Positions 12,928 through 24,310 of a stretch of DNA of 64,000 bases are shown here, in pieces. A program made the position numbers and the translations under genes. Origin of the DNA: Sphaerodactylus townsendi. Lineage: Eukaryota. The DNA is taken from NCBI RefSeq assembly GCF_021028975.2, contig NC_059425.1, forward strand, positions 125,240,001-125,304,000. The letters run 5' to 3'. How positions within the stretch are numbered: the first letter of the stretch is position 1; each line of letters starts with the position of its first letter. Under the pieces are notes generated by a model. That model saw nothing but the letters and a program-made list of their open reading frames with translations, had not been told where the DNA came from and searched no databases.

Positions 12928-13520
12928 TCTCGCCAGCATCGCCGCAGACTGCCCGCCGGCAGGTGTGGATTATGGGGCACAGCATCGTCAAGAGAGCTCG
13001 GGCATACACAGCTTTTTCTGGCTGGGGCCTGAACCTCGGGCTGGACCCGGTGATGGAATTCCGGTGGCTGGGACAAAGCGGCATGAGATGGGCCACATTA
13101 CAATGGGTGGTGTGCTCGACCATCATCCGCATGGGCCGCCCAGACGTGCTGGTCTTGCAGCTGGGCGAGAACGACCTGCTGGCCATGAAAGGCCTCAAAC
13201 TGTCCCTGAGGATGGCCAGCGGCCTTCAACAACTCCATCGCCGCTTGCCCAACACCAAACTGGTCTGGTCCAGGCAACTGCAGCAGATCCTGTGGAGGGA
13301 TGCTGAGCGCCCAAATAAGGTGGGCCGTGCCAGGCAGAAGGTGGACAAGGCAGCTGCATGGCTCGTTCTTTCTCTGGGTGGTGCTGTGGTAGACCACCCT
13401 GACATCACACATGACCAGCATGCGCTCTTCCATTCAGACAGTGTCCACCTTTCGGAACAGGGGATGGGCATGTGGCTTCATGCCATCCGGCACACCCTTC
13501 TCCAATTGACTCAGGCTTGA
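12928..13520 (+). CDS. SGNH/GDSL-hydrolase (esterase)-like ORF carried by the Ngaro element
   Basis: Block I WIMGHSIV, block II GQSG, block III LQLGENDL, block V DSVH; ORF 12888-13520 is uninterrupted; start given at the putative splice acceptor. Confidence 0.8.
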
Positions 13521-14626
13521 GAAGCTGGGGCGAGAGCTGTGGGCAGCTCGTTGGCAGGTTGGCAACGGAATTGCAACATCGGGGGGAGAAGCCGAGCCGG
13601 GTGGCCGGCCTTCTCCATGATTGGTGCCCTTAACGAAGGGCCGGTGGTGGGGTGGGCCGGTAAGGAAGCCGGTAGGCTTAGCTGGTGCCCGCCACCCCAG
13701 CAGGTGGGGGTGGGGCGGGCCGGTAGGCAAGCCGTTACCCCCCAGCAGGAAGGGTTGACACCAAGGGGTATCCACCCCGGTGGCTCCCGGGTTCCTGCCC
13801 AATGCCCAATGGAGATTGGGGACGGCATGATGTTGCAATCCGTTTGTCTGCCCAGCTTCATAAGTGTTTTATGTTTGCTAATTAATAAATTGGGCTGCGG
13901 CCCAATCTATTTCCAAGCTCTGGTTTGATGTGTTTATTTGTCGGGGAAGGGTCTACACCATCTGCATACAAATCTTGGGAGCTGTTTCACAAAACGTTGA
14001 AAGAACCCTGAATAGACAGTCTTCTTTCACTGGTTTCCACCATCCTCCAAATTTATGCAAATTATTTGTGACCACTGAAATAATACCACCATTCCTCAAC
14101 TGGATACTGCATGCTGGGGAAAAACACACATAAGTGTATGTATTTATTTTAATGACCCTAATCCCATGATCTCAACCACATCTTAAAAGCCAAACTGTCT
14201 TTTTACCAGTGCAGTCCTAAACAATTACATCCTTCTAAATCCACTGTATTTAATAATATTAGAAGAGTGTAACTATACTCTGCATTACACAATTTCTATT
14301 GTGTTTACATAGAAAACGTTACCTCAGTGATAATTTCCTCCATTTACAGCGTTCTTAGAACAATTACCTTGGTTCCTAATGGCTGCAAACCCAGTGTGTC
14401 ACTAATTAAGGCAGAAGTGATATTCTTAACATTTTTAAATATCTCTGAGAGAGCTAAGTTAAATTAATTAGTGTTGAACTAATTGTCTGGAATTACAGTA
14501 ATTCAGCAGAACAGACAGTCATCTTCTTTCAATTGTCTGTGTCCAGGATTTTACATAGGAGAGATGTACTGGATGACATTTACAGACACTTCCAAGAAGA
14601 TTTTTTTAATACATCTGAAAGTTGAT

Positions 14627-17600
14627 GATGATGATGATAGCCTTTATTGGCATTCCAAAATACAATAAATACAATAAAACAATAAATACAATAAAACAAT
14701 AAAACCATAAAACAATTGTCCATGAAAGACAGATAGTTACAGCAGCCATTCAGAGTCTCATCAAAAGTTTAGTCCAAATGGACTCATCAAAAGTGCCATT
14801 CCTATACACCTCTCCACAGATCTGACTAAAAACCCACCAACAGAGCCCAGGCATCACAACAGCATACAGTGTCAACACTCCACTATAAAACACAGAGTTC
14901 GTTAGAGTGGCACCTAATCCTAACACAGAACAAGGGATAGGGGGCAAGGAAATGGGCAAACAATTGATTTGGCTCCCATAGGTTGCCACAGCCTTCAGTT
15001 GTCACTCACTCCATCTAGCAATCAATAACAAAACTACGACATCCCTCAATGAATCACCCACGTTTGACTTTGGGTGACCGTGACCGTGAACCCAAAGGTT
15101 GCTGGCAGATGTAGGTACTGTGTGCCAATAGCAAATAGTTAATGTGAGCAGCATTGTTGTTGTTATGATGATAGCAATCTAGTGCTTAGTGTCCATTATT
15201 TATTATTATTTATTAAACTAGCGTTGCATCTATAATCTTTAAAAGATATTTTGCTACGCTTTCGCAGAAGTAAGGATCAAGATTATCTAAGATTAACGGA
15301 ATCCTAAGAGCATCAGTTAAATGATTGAATAGAAGTGAAGCAATGATGGGCTGGGTCATTCTGATCTTGGCAAATCTTGCACAATGAAACAGAGTGTGCT
15401 CCAGTGTCTCTACTTGGCCTGAGTTGCATGGGCATAGCCTCTTTTGTTTATCTATGCGTTGGTATCTGCCTTTAAGGAGCATAGAGGGCATTAAATTGAA
15501 ACGGGCCAAGGATATTGCTCTTCTGTGCCTTGGATTGGTAAGCCAGAAAAGGTAGTTGGCTGTATGTCCTTGTTCAAAAGGGATAAGCAAATTTAGAGGA
15601 GAGCATGTTTTCCTCGCTTCAGCTATCATGTTGCAGTACTCATGTTCCAGCAGCCTGATTTTCAGGCAATTATAGGCCTCTGGTAGAGTGAAAGAGTAAA
15701 GTGACTCTAGTGGGAGGCCGATAGAGCTAATTTTTTCTTCCACCAACGTCGTCCATCTGGGAACTACCGAGTCGGAGAGCATCGAATGGATTAAGCTAGA
15801 ATGATCTTGTGAAAAATGGATGTGCAGCCAATATTTGATGGTCCTCAGCCAAGCCATTGTGACATGGGATATTTGCCCAAGTTCTAAGCATAGGGCTGCG
15901 TATGGAGCACAGTTGGGTAGTCCCATGATTTTGTAAAAAAAAAACACGGGACTGAGATCTATTTAAGATTTTGTTCACCTCTTCAATCCAGATAGGTGCT
16001 CCATAAAGGAGCTTGGTTCCACATTTGGCATTGAAAACTTTCAACGCTGATGGTATATATTGATGGTCCGATTTGTGGAAAAAGCACAGAATTGCTGAAG
16101 CGCTAGTGGCTGCATCAAGCGCTAGTTTCCTGTGTACTGCCCAATTAAGATTGCTCGTAAGAGTAATGCCCAGATATTTAAACTGTTTGACTTGCTCTAT
16201 AGGTTTCTTGTTGATAGTCCATACCTGTCTAGAGAATCGTCTGGCGAATACCAATATTTTGGATTTCTCATAGTTGATTTCCAGTTCATTTGACTTACAG
16301 TATTCTGCCCAGCGATTCAGAAGGCGGAGTGAGGCCAACAACTTGTGCATGAGAGAGAAACAGTGTCATCTGCATAAAAGCAGGGCAGGGACATGTTTAG
16401 AAGCGCACAGTTTAAATTAGCGTGTCCGTTGACCTTTGAAAGAATAGGCACTAAATGCTGAGAAAGATGTTAAACAAAAATAGGGGAGCCAATATGCAGC
16501 CTTGTTTAACTCCTAGTAGTAGGGATGCTAGATGTAAAGGGGCCCATCTCAGGGCAGCTCTGATTTTACAGCTAGTGCCAGTGTACAATTGTTTTATTAA
16601 GAACAATAATCTAGGGTCAATGTTCAGGACAGAGAGTAGTTCTCTTGAAACTGAGTCAAAATGGGTCAATGTTCAGGACAGAGAGTAGTTCTCTTGAAAC
16701 TGAGTCAAATGCTCCTTTCAAATCTAAAAAAAGCAACAAAAAGTTTATGGTTGGCATGAATTGTATATTTATTGGCTAGGTGTGATAAAACAGATAAATG
16801 ATCAAGTGTTGATTTATTTTTTAGAAGCCAATTTGCTCTGGACCAATCACTCCTGTTTGTCTGATCCACTCCTCAAGTTTCAAGTATAGAAATTTAATTA
16901 TAGTTTGCCAGTGACTGAAAGGAAACTGATAGAGGCGGTAATTTGAAGGATTAGTAGTGTCTCCCTTTTTTGTATGGGGACAATTATAGCTGTTAACCAC
17001 TCGCAGCTATTATAAGGCCTGTGTTGTTGACATAAGTGAATAGTGAGGCCAAAGCGTTGCCCACCATTCTGGAGAGAAGATTTGAATATTTCAGGTATTA
17101 TTTGGTGGGGCCAGGGGCTGCCTCTTTTAAACCATTAATTAAATCGATCACTTCCTGAGGGTTTAACCTTGGGCCATTCAGGTAGCTCAGCTGAAGCTGG
17201 GGCAAGAACAGGGTTAAGTAGTAGTACCCACATTGAAAAGGTTGGAAAAATATATGTGCCAGTGAGCCAGAGAGATATATGTAGAGGCATCGTCTTATAG
17301 GTTGAGGTACTTCTATTTACTAACTGCCAGAATTGTTGGATGTTATTAGTTATAGTGGCCTGGTATAATTGATTCCATTGATATTCAATGTAGTTCATGT
17401 GTTTCAGTTGAACTACAAGTTGGAACTTTCTTTTAATTGAGTGATGTTGCTGAGTAGCTCCTCATCCCTGTACTCTTGGTATCTTCTATAAAGTGCATGA
17501 ATTATATTATTATGTTCGATGCAATAATGGTCAAACCATGTTGTATTGTGTTTGGAGGCCTTGGGTTTGGACAAGGAAATTGATTGTAAATTTTGCACTA

Positions 17601-19834
17601 AAACAGTAATTAGTTGTTCAAATTGAACTATTCCCAGTTCTGGGGAAGCAGCCTTTGTTATATCCTCTTTTAATTTGGTTATCATAGGAGAGCCAAGCAG
17701 GGCCTCCTGGTGGCTGCTACCTGTGGTGACCATGTTAACTTATAGTGCTTGGGTGTCAAAGAAGGGTCCTCATCAACCCCAACCTTACTTGAAAAGGTTA
17801 GAGTTAGTGGTAGATGATCACTGAGTAATAGGTCCCCAATACTAAAAGAAGTAACGAACTGATATAAATAGGGTGACATTAAAATATAATCAATTACACT
17901 CGAACCCATGGGATTAACCAGGGTAAAACTATCTGCGTTTCTATGGTGTTTAAGCCCATTCAACCATAGTTTGTTAAATTTTATGGCAAATTTTATTAGC
18001 TGGATTCCAGCGGAGTTCCAGCGGAGTGGATCTTTAGAAGTCCGGCGGGCAGGACATAGGAGAAGCTGTGCAGAGTCGTCCTCAAGGTTGAGCTGGGCCA
18101 AAGTTGTGGATAGTTCTGCACCAACCCTGGCATTAAAGTCTCCTGTCAATATTAACTCCGTAAGCGGGTGATTATTTTCCAGGTTCTCAATGAATGATGA
18201 TAAACTGCTCCAAGTATTGGATAAGAGACTAAATGAAATAGGCAGAGAGATATAGAGGTTTACTATAATCATAGTCAGATCTTCCCCTCCTATCAAAACC
18301 ACATGGGCAAGAGGTGGACAGGAGCCCAGAGAAGTGGATTTAATACCGTTGGTAACAAACAGTACAAGACCACCGCATAGCGTAAATTTGGATACTCTGG
18401 TGGCTGGAAGGGAATATTGGTGGTAGCCTTTAAGAATAAATCTGTGGTAGACCAGGTTTCTTGCAGAGCTATAAACTTAAATCTGCTTAAGTAAGCGGTA
18501 AAGAATCAGTTCTTGCTTTGGTTGTTCCATCCTCGCGATGTTCCAGGAGATAAGGAGGCTACTTCCCTTCCTGGCGTCGAGTCCATAGGGAGTGATTTCT
18601 TCGATGGCAGGCATGTCATACTGGATACAGCCATTCATAGGGCCCCTATTCGGAATTCCCATTGAGTTCCCATTGAGTTCCCTCAGTTCCTCCATCCAGG
18701 ACTTTCCAAAGGTCACTGAACCTGGGTCAGTTTGGGGTAGTCTGGATGATCTAAGATCCAGATCAAAGTCCTCTGTACTTTGGGGGTCTTGCCTCTCATG
18801 GATTGTAGTTGACTTTGCCTCTTTGTTGTCTCCAGTTGGCTGAGGCTGTGATTCCTCCTCACGGAGGACTTGAGCTGTTGACTTAATGAAATTCCTTTGA
18901 CCAAGTGCAGGTACTGGGGAGGCTGAGATATCAACTAGATCTTCTTGAAGGCCAATAGAAAGATCACAAAATCCCTCTGTATTCTTTCCTTCATTGATTG
19001 TGGATTCAGGTTCGATTAGAGGGACCTTAGAGCTAATACATAATAGGGTCTCATCTGTTCCATTATGAGTTATAGTGTCCAAGATGGTACCAGGGCTGGG
19101 ATTGTTAGAACATAGTTGCAATTCCTCCAGCTCAACTGCCCAGGATTTTCCTCCTGAGCTACGGAAGTTTCTGTAATTGAGTACTCTTTCTGAACGCAGA
19201 TCAATATCAATGTCAGTTACTTGATTCGATGGTTTTAACGGACTTTTAAGATTCTCTCTGTTAGTGGGTTGATGTTGCATCAGCTGTTGATGGGTGGAGA
19301 GATCTAGAAGTTGTGAGTGGAGAGCTGAGTCTGTCTGGGGTTGTTTAATAGTTTCCGCCACCTGCTTAGCTGAAGGGATTTCACCTGGGTTCTTGGGTGA
19401 ACGTTGTTGACTCGCCATCCCCTCAATAAGAGTCTTTAGACAGTTCCATTCTGTCAGGATGGAGTTAATCTCATTCATCCTTTCGGTATTTCTGTTGAGA
19501 GTCTCTGGGAGAGTACAGGATGAAAAAGTCGAGGGTTCCTTAGGATAGATTGCTTTATTGGGTAACTCCTTGTTGCTGGGAATATCCACCAGTTTGTTGA
19601 TTTTGGTGTTCTAAAAACCCTATTTACCCAGATGTCATAGCTATTAGCAAAAAAAGGTTTTGTGCTTGAGTAGATAGGAGGGGGTGTCAGGGGACTCAAA
19701 GCTTAGTACCAGTCTTGTGTATTTATTACGATATGGAAGTCTTTTAAAGGATTTCAGGTGGGTCTTCTTTGGTTGGCAGTTGAGAAGTTTACTGGGGGAT
19801 ATACATATCCTGTGAAAGGTTGACCACCGACCAT
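14627..19834 (-). mobile_element. RTE-X-like LINE, 5.2 kb, 5'-truncated
   Basis: 17-bp TSD TACATCTGAAAGTTGAT (14610-14626, 19835-19851); APE motifs SWNIA, LTGDFNAR, SVIDYI, SDHLP; RT GVKQGCILAPL, FKYLGI; C-terminal RLCPCNSGQVETLEHTLFHC; AATAAA plus (ATC)n tail. Confidence 0.9.
15213..18560 (-). pseudogene. LINE ORF2 (APE endonuclease-RT-Cys/His domain), multiple frameshifts
   Basis: ORF-track pieces 17682-18302, 17413-17733, 17135-17398, 16451-16669, 15796-16350 and 15213-15947 are collinear. Confidence 0.88.
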
Positions 19835-20764
19835 TACATCTGAAAGTTGATAATGTTGGTATAACTTCTAAATTCCTCACAAAAATATTTTCTGTGATAA
19901 AAGCAAACTTTTTAGAACCAAACTACATATGATTCTGGGGACCTGTGATTGGATCCTAAGACAACCATATAAAGAAGTTAGATGGGATGAGAGGATTTAT
20001 ATATTGGAGTCTCAGTGCCAGGAAAGTACAGCAACTCATTTCCTTTCTGCATTTACTTGATTGAATATGGACTCCTTGGACTTCTTTAACCTTGGGGGGC
20101 AAAAAAAGATAGGGTGCCTGGCTTTTACCATGTCAGGATGACAAATAGCCTAGAGTAGTGTTTTTGAGCCAGGAAAGTGTGCAGGGGGGATATTCATATA
20201 GGACCCCAATCTGTGTATACTTTTTGGGACTAAATAATATATAAGGAGATACACAGTATAGTTTGGTCAGATTTAATTCATGTTTGCCAAATGTGGGTTG
20301 GAAAATACCTGAAAATACTTGAAAAGCCAAAATCCACTTGCGAGTGAACATTAAAGTGCATTGAAAGTGGATTGAAAGTGCATTAATCAGCAAGTGTGAA
20401 ACCATTGTATGTTTGAGGACCTGGCCCTTAAACATAGTTGGGGCCAAGTTGTTTAAGGATTGCAAGCTCAAAACCTGTTTGTAAAATTAGGCACAAAAAC
20501 CAACTAGAAGTCAGGGTAGATTTGAAGACTGAAATAATATACTCCTAGTGGCTAGGTTTGGTAGTAATGCTGGACTGAAAAATACCTGAAGGATGGGACC
20601 TCAGCAGGTTGTAATGACATAGAGTCTACCATCCAAAGCAACTGTTTTCTTTAGAGTAACTGATCTCTGTAGTCTAGAGATCAGTTATAATAGTGAGTGA
20701 TCTCCTTGTACCTCCTGAAGGTTGGGAACAGTACTGATTTATCAGAAGCACTACAGGTGTACTC

Positions 20765-21195
20765 AATGGTGTAACTAGGGATCGGGGGGGGGGGGTTAGA
20801 GCCATTGGTGCCACTTCCAGGAGGCACATTTAGAGCACATCTGCCCTTGCAACTGTGACCTGAGCACAGAGCATGCCCAACTTTATTCTGTTGGCTCCAC
20901 CCTCCAACTGGAAGCTTGCAGTTTAAAGGTGGATCCCAGCCTTGCTGAGACCAGGGTCAAACAAGCCCTTGCCACTCTGATCTCCATGTGGAGATCAGGT
21001 GTCCCAAACTCCACACGGAGTTGGGGGTCGGGCAAACTTGGCTGGCCCCACTCCTAATCTCTATATGGAAATTGGGGACAGGGCAAGCCCTGCCCATTGG
21101 TGTTCATCTGCACCTGAATGGGGTGGAGGTGCAGTTAAAGGAGGGTGCACCACCCAGTGTGAGCCCTGGGCACTGTTTTAAGCAGCTATGCCCCT
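20765..21195. mobile_element. Degenerate hAT-like MITE
   Basis: Termini CAATGGTGTAACT / AGCTATGCCCCTG resemble the termini of the 34436 element; no clean TSD. Confidence 0.4.
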
Positions 21196-21272
21196 GTGGA
21201 GAATGTAGTGTTGTCAACATGTATACATTGATATCAGGCAAAATTATTTAAAGCGTTACATTTTTTTCACAC

Positions 21273-21445
21273 CTGGATAGCCCCAGGCTACCCTGATCTT
21301 GTTAGATCTCAGAAGCTAAGCAGGGTAACCTTTGTTAGTATTTGGATGGGCAACCTCCAAGGAATACTAAGGTCACAATGTGGAAGCAGGCAATGGTAAG
21401 CCAAAACTCTACAGGGTCACCATGTCAGCTGTGACTTGACCACAC
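21273..21445 (+). mobile_element. 5S rRNA-derived SINE (5S-Sauria-like)
   Basis: GATCTCAGAAGCTAAGCAGGGT...GTTAGTATTTGGATGGG...GGAATAC matches the 5S internal control region; Sauria/RTE-like tail. Confidence 0.75.
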
Positions 21446-21537
21446 ACATATACACACACAAATTTTGAACATGTCCACAGGTAGCTTGTTGGTCAAGCTA
21501 ACTGTGTATGCTGGCAAATGTTTTTGTATGTTATTTT

Positions 21538-21540
21538 ATC

Positions 21541-21619
<79 letters not shown>
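21538..21619. repeat. (TCTG)n microsatellite
   Basis: Directly visible. Confidence 0.95.
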
Positions 21620-21819
21620 AACAGTTCCTGAGTATTTGCCAGGCATGAGGTGGGGGGTCCTTTAGGCATTCTTGCCCACAAGTTCAGACACAGTCCCAAG
21701 GTGGAGTCTCTGAATCCAAACAGACTCCTATGTTCAGGGTACTGTTCTGCCAGGTCTGACAGGGCACCATTCCAGGAGAAGGACTATTCTCTCCCCATTC
21801 GCACTGCTACAGGTGAGGT

Positions 21820-21998
21820 TGGCTACGTAGCAGACACCATCACACTAATTAACCGGATTTTCCCTAAAGACATTACAGCCCTGTTTCAACATTGCCTCAC
21901 TACAAGCTACTTCCAATGGGATAATGAATTCTATCAACAGAGAGATGGGATAGCCACAAGTAGCTCTCTCAGCCCTGCAATATAGAATTATACATGGA
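21820..21998 (+). mobile_element. Penelope-like element RT fragment
   Basis: LFQHCLTTSYFQWDNEFYQQRDGIA..S.LSP, resembling the PLE RT YF..YxQxxGxAMGSPLSP motif. Confidence 0.7.
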
Positions 21999-23929
21999 AC
22001 CGATTTTCTACAGGGGACCGATTTTGCACCCCCCATGTAACCACGTGCAGCCTGGCATGGGTGGGCTAGGCACCCCCGAGCCATGCCCCCAGCACGGGGG
22101 GGGGGGCGCTTGGAGAAGGGGATGGCTTTGGGTGTCATTTCCCACATATACACTTCTGACCTCCCTGAAAATAAAATAAAAAATAAAAAATTACATGACA
22201 CATGTGTGAGAGCACCAGACAAAACAGACTGTATTCATTTACTTTTTCCAATGAAATCGTGCTCCACTGTGTGAATAGTACACATTTGAATATATGATAC
22301 ACCTCCTTTCCTAGCAGAGGAAACCTCCATGGGAAACTCTCAGCAAATTGAGGCAGGGATGGAGAATCCCCTGGAGCACAAAATGGAGGGTGCAACAAAA
22401 TGAAATTGACAAGCTTCAGTCAGCTGGGGGGGAGGGGGGAGGCTGAAAGAGAACTGTTTTGGCTGTCAACACTTTATTTCTCCTATGCTGTGCAGAAGAA
22501 AAAAAGCCAAAATGGTTCTTTTAAAAACATCTTCAAGTCATTTTAATTCCTTTGTATGGAATGGATCAGTGTCTCCCGCACAGGCAGCACTCTGTCTATA
22601 TTTATAGCTTGGACTGAGAGCTTGGACTGAGAGCTTGGACTGATGGCTTTTCTTAACTTTCTCTGAACAGCTGCAATTGTATGCACTTAAGAAGATACTT
22701 TCAAGAGCTTATATATAAGCAATGTCCACAGGGATTTTGCTTTCAAATAATATATCATTGCAGCTATTTGCTGATCTGGAAACAAGATAAGCAAAACATA
22801 AGCAACTGATGTGTGAAGAGCTCTCAGGTGAACAATTTTTGTTTGAAGTGTTCTCTGACACAACAACCCTCCCCCTCCCTATATATATTTTTTGTTCAAA
22901 GAAATATACGTGCTTTTTTCTTTTACAAATATTTTTCATTTCGTCTATAATTTGAATATAAATTAGAAAAAATAATTCATAATAAGGAAAGGAGGTGTAT
23001 CATATATTCAAATGTATACTATTAGTACAGTGGTACAAAAACAGTGCAAATTTCTTATGACAAAATCATTCTTCCCATTTTAGCATTTCTCACAAAAAGG
23101 CTCCAGGCAAGCAGTCATCCATCTCTACTATGTCGATGGCACACATACAATATGCATAGAAAAAAATCAAAAAAGGTAAAATAAATGAATATGAGATCCT
23201 CTTGGCTTTTTTTACTTCTTTCTTATATATGGCATGGATTTTTTTAAAATGCTTTTTTTTTGTTTGTGGGGATTTTGTGTACCTGTATACATTTCTACAT
23301 GCATTTTAAGCCTGGGTAATCTCTTCTTGTTAATTTATTTTAGTTTTTTTTTAGTTTGGAAAGGGATTGGACAAGGGTAACATCCCCTGATCAAGTGAAA
23401 TTCTCTGTTTCCATCATTTTCCTTTTTAGCTCACATTTTGTTTTCTCATTTTCTAATTCTTTTTCAAGGTGTCTTCTTATTTCATTTCTTACATGGGATT
23501 TTGCAAATCTGAAGCAGTACAACTGGCATTAGATACAATTGTTTCATATGTTTCCTGACTGTACCTAAAGATGACAGAAGGTTTAATTGTTTGGACGACA
23601 ATGACTGTCAAAACAAATTGAATCGAGATAAATATTTAAGAAGATATTCTTAATATTTTTCAACAGCTGTGACTCAAATCATATTTGAAAATTATATTGT
23701 GTTGTGGATTGGTTAGCTGTCAGATTCCCTAGGATAGAGAACATGAACAAACTTGGGACAAACTATGACATCTAGTGCTGTTGACACTAATAAGATGCAA
23801 TCATTGAAATAGGCACTTCCATCCAGGAAGACTAAAAACAGCTAGAATGATAGAATTCTGTTTATACACCTAATCTGTTGAATTCGGGCAAATCATGATT
23901 TTAATCACCAAGAAAAAAAATCTGCATTG

Positions 23930-24310
23930 ATGACCCCTTGGTGTCAATCATAAATCAGTAATTGAATCAGGGCACCTTGTCTCAGCAACATTAAGAGGCA
24001 GTCATTTAGGAAACTATTATTGCAGAAGAATTATTTGGAAAAGGTGATTGAGTGAGCAATGGTGAACCAACTCCAGGTCTTTTTGGACAAATAATCTGCT
24101 CTGGACTCTTTTCAGTCTGGTTCAAGGCTGAAATATGGAAGTGCGGTGGCACTGGTGGCTTTACTTGATGGATCTTTGTGCAAATGTAGCCAAAGGCCGT
24201 GTCTCTCTGTTACTTCTACAGGATTTATCTGCAGACTGTGATATTTTGGACTATACCATCTGGTTGAAACATTTTTTGAGGAGAAGTAGCATGAATGGTA
24301 TGTCTCGCAC
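23930..24310 (+). mobile_element. L2-clade LINE RT fragment, highly degenerate
   Basis: Remnants of LGKVIE, QLQVFLD, FQSGF, SLLLLQDLSA..D..DY. Confidence 0.65.

Larger units (their letters stand above)
10410..13955 (+). mobile_element. Ngaro/DIRS-type tyrosine-recombinase retrotransposon, 5'-truncated (gag missing)
   Basis: Ordered RT-RNase H-YR-SGNH hydrolase ORFs, GC-rich block, AATAAA at 13884, no TSD seen; boundaries approximate. Confidence 0.9.

Noticed and set aside
12777-13928. Antisense and alternative-frame ORFs over the Ngaro 3' half
   Set aside because: Shadow ORFs expected in GC-rich sequence; no motifs
21273-21380. Functional 5S rRNA gene
   Set aside because: 5' end replaced, many substitutions and fused to a SINE tail
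22608-22643. 13-bp unit x3 (AGCTTGGACTGAG) considered as a CRISPR-like array
   Set aside because: No spacers; simple local tandem duplication in eukaryotic DNA
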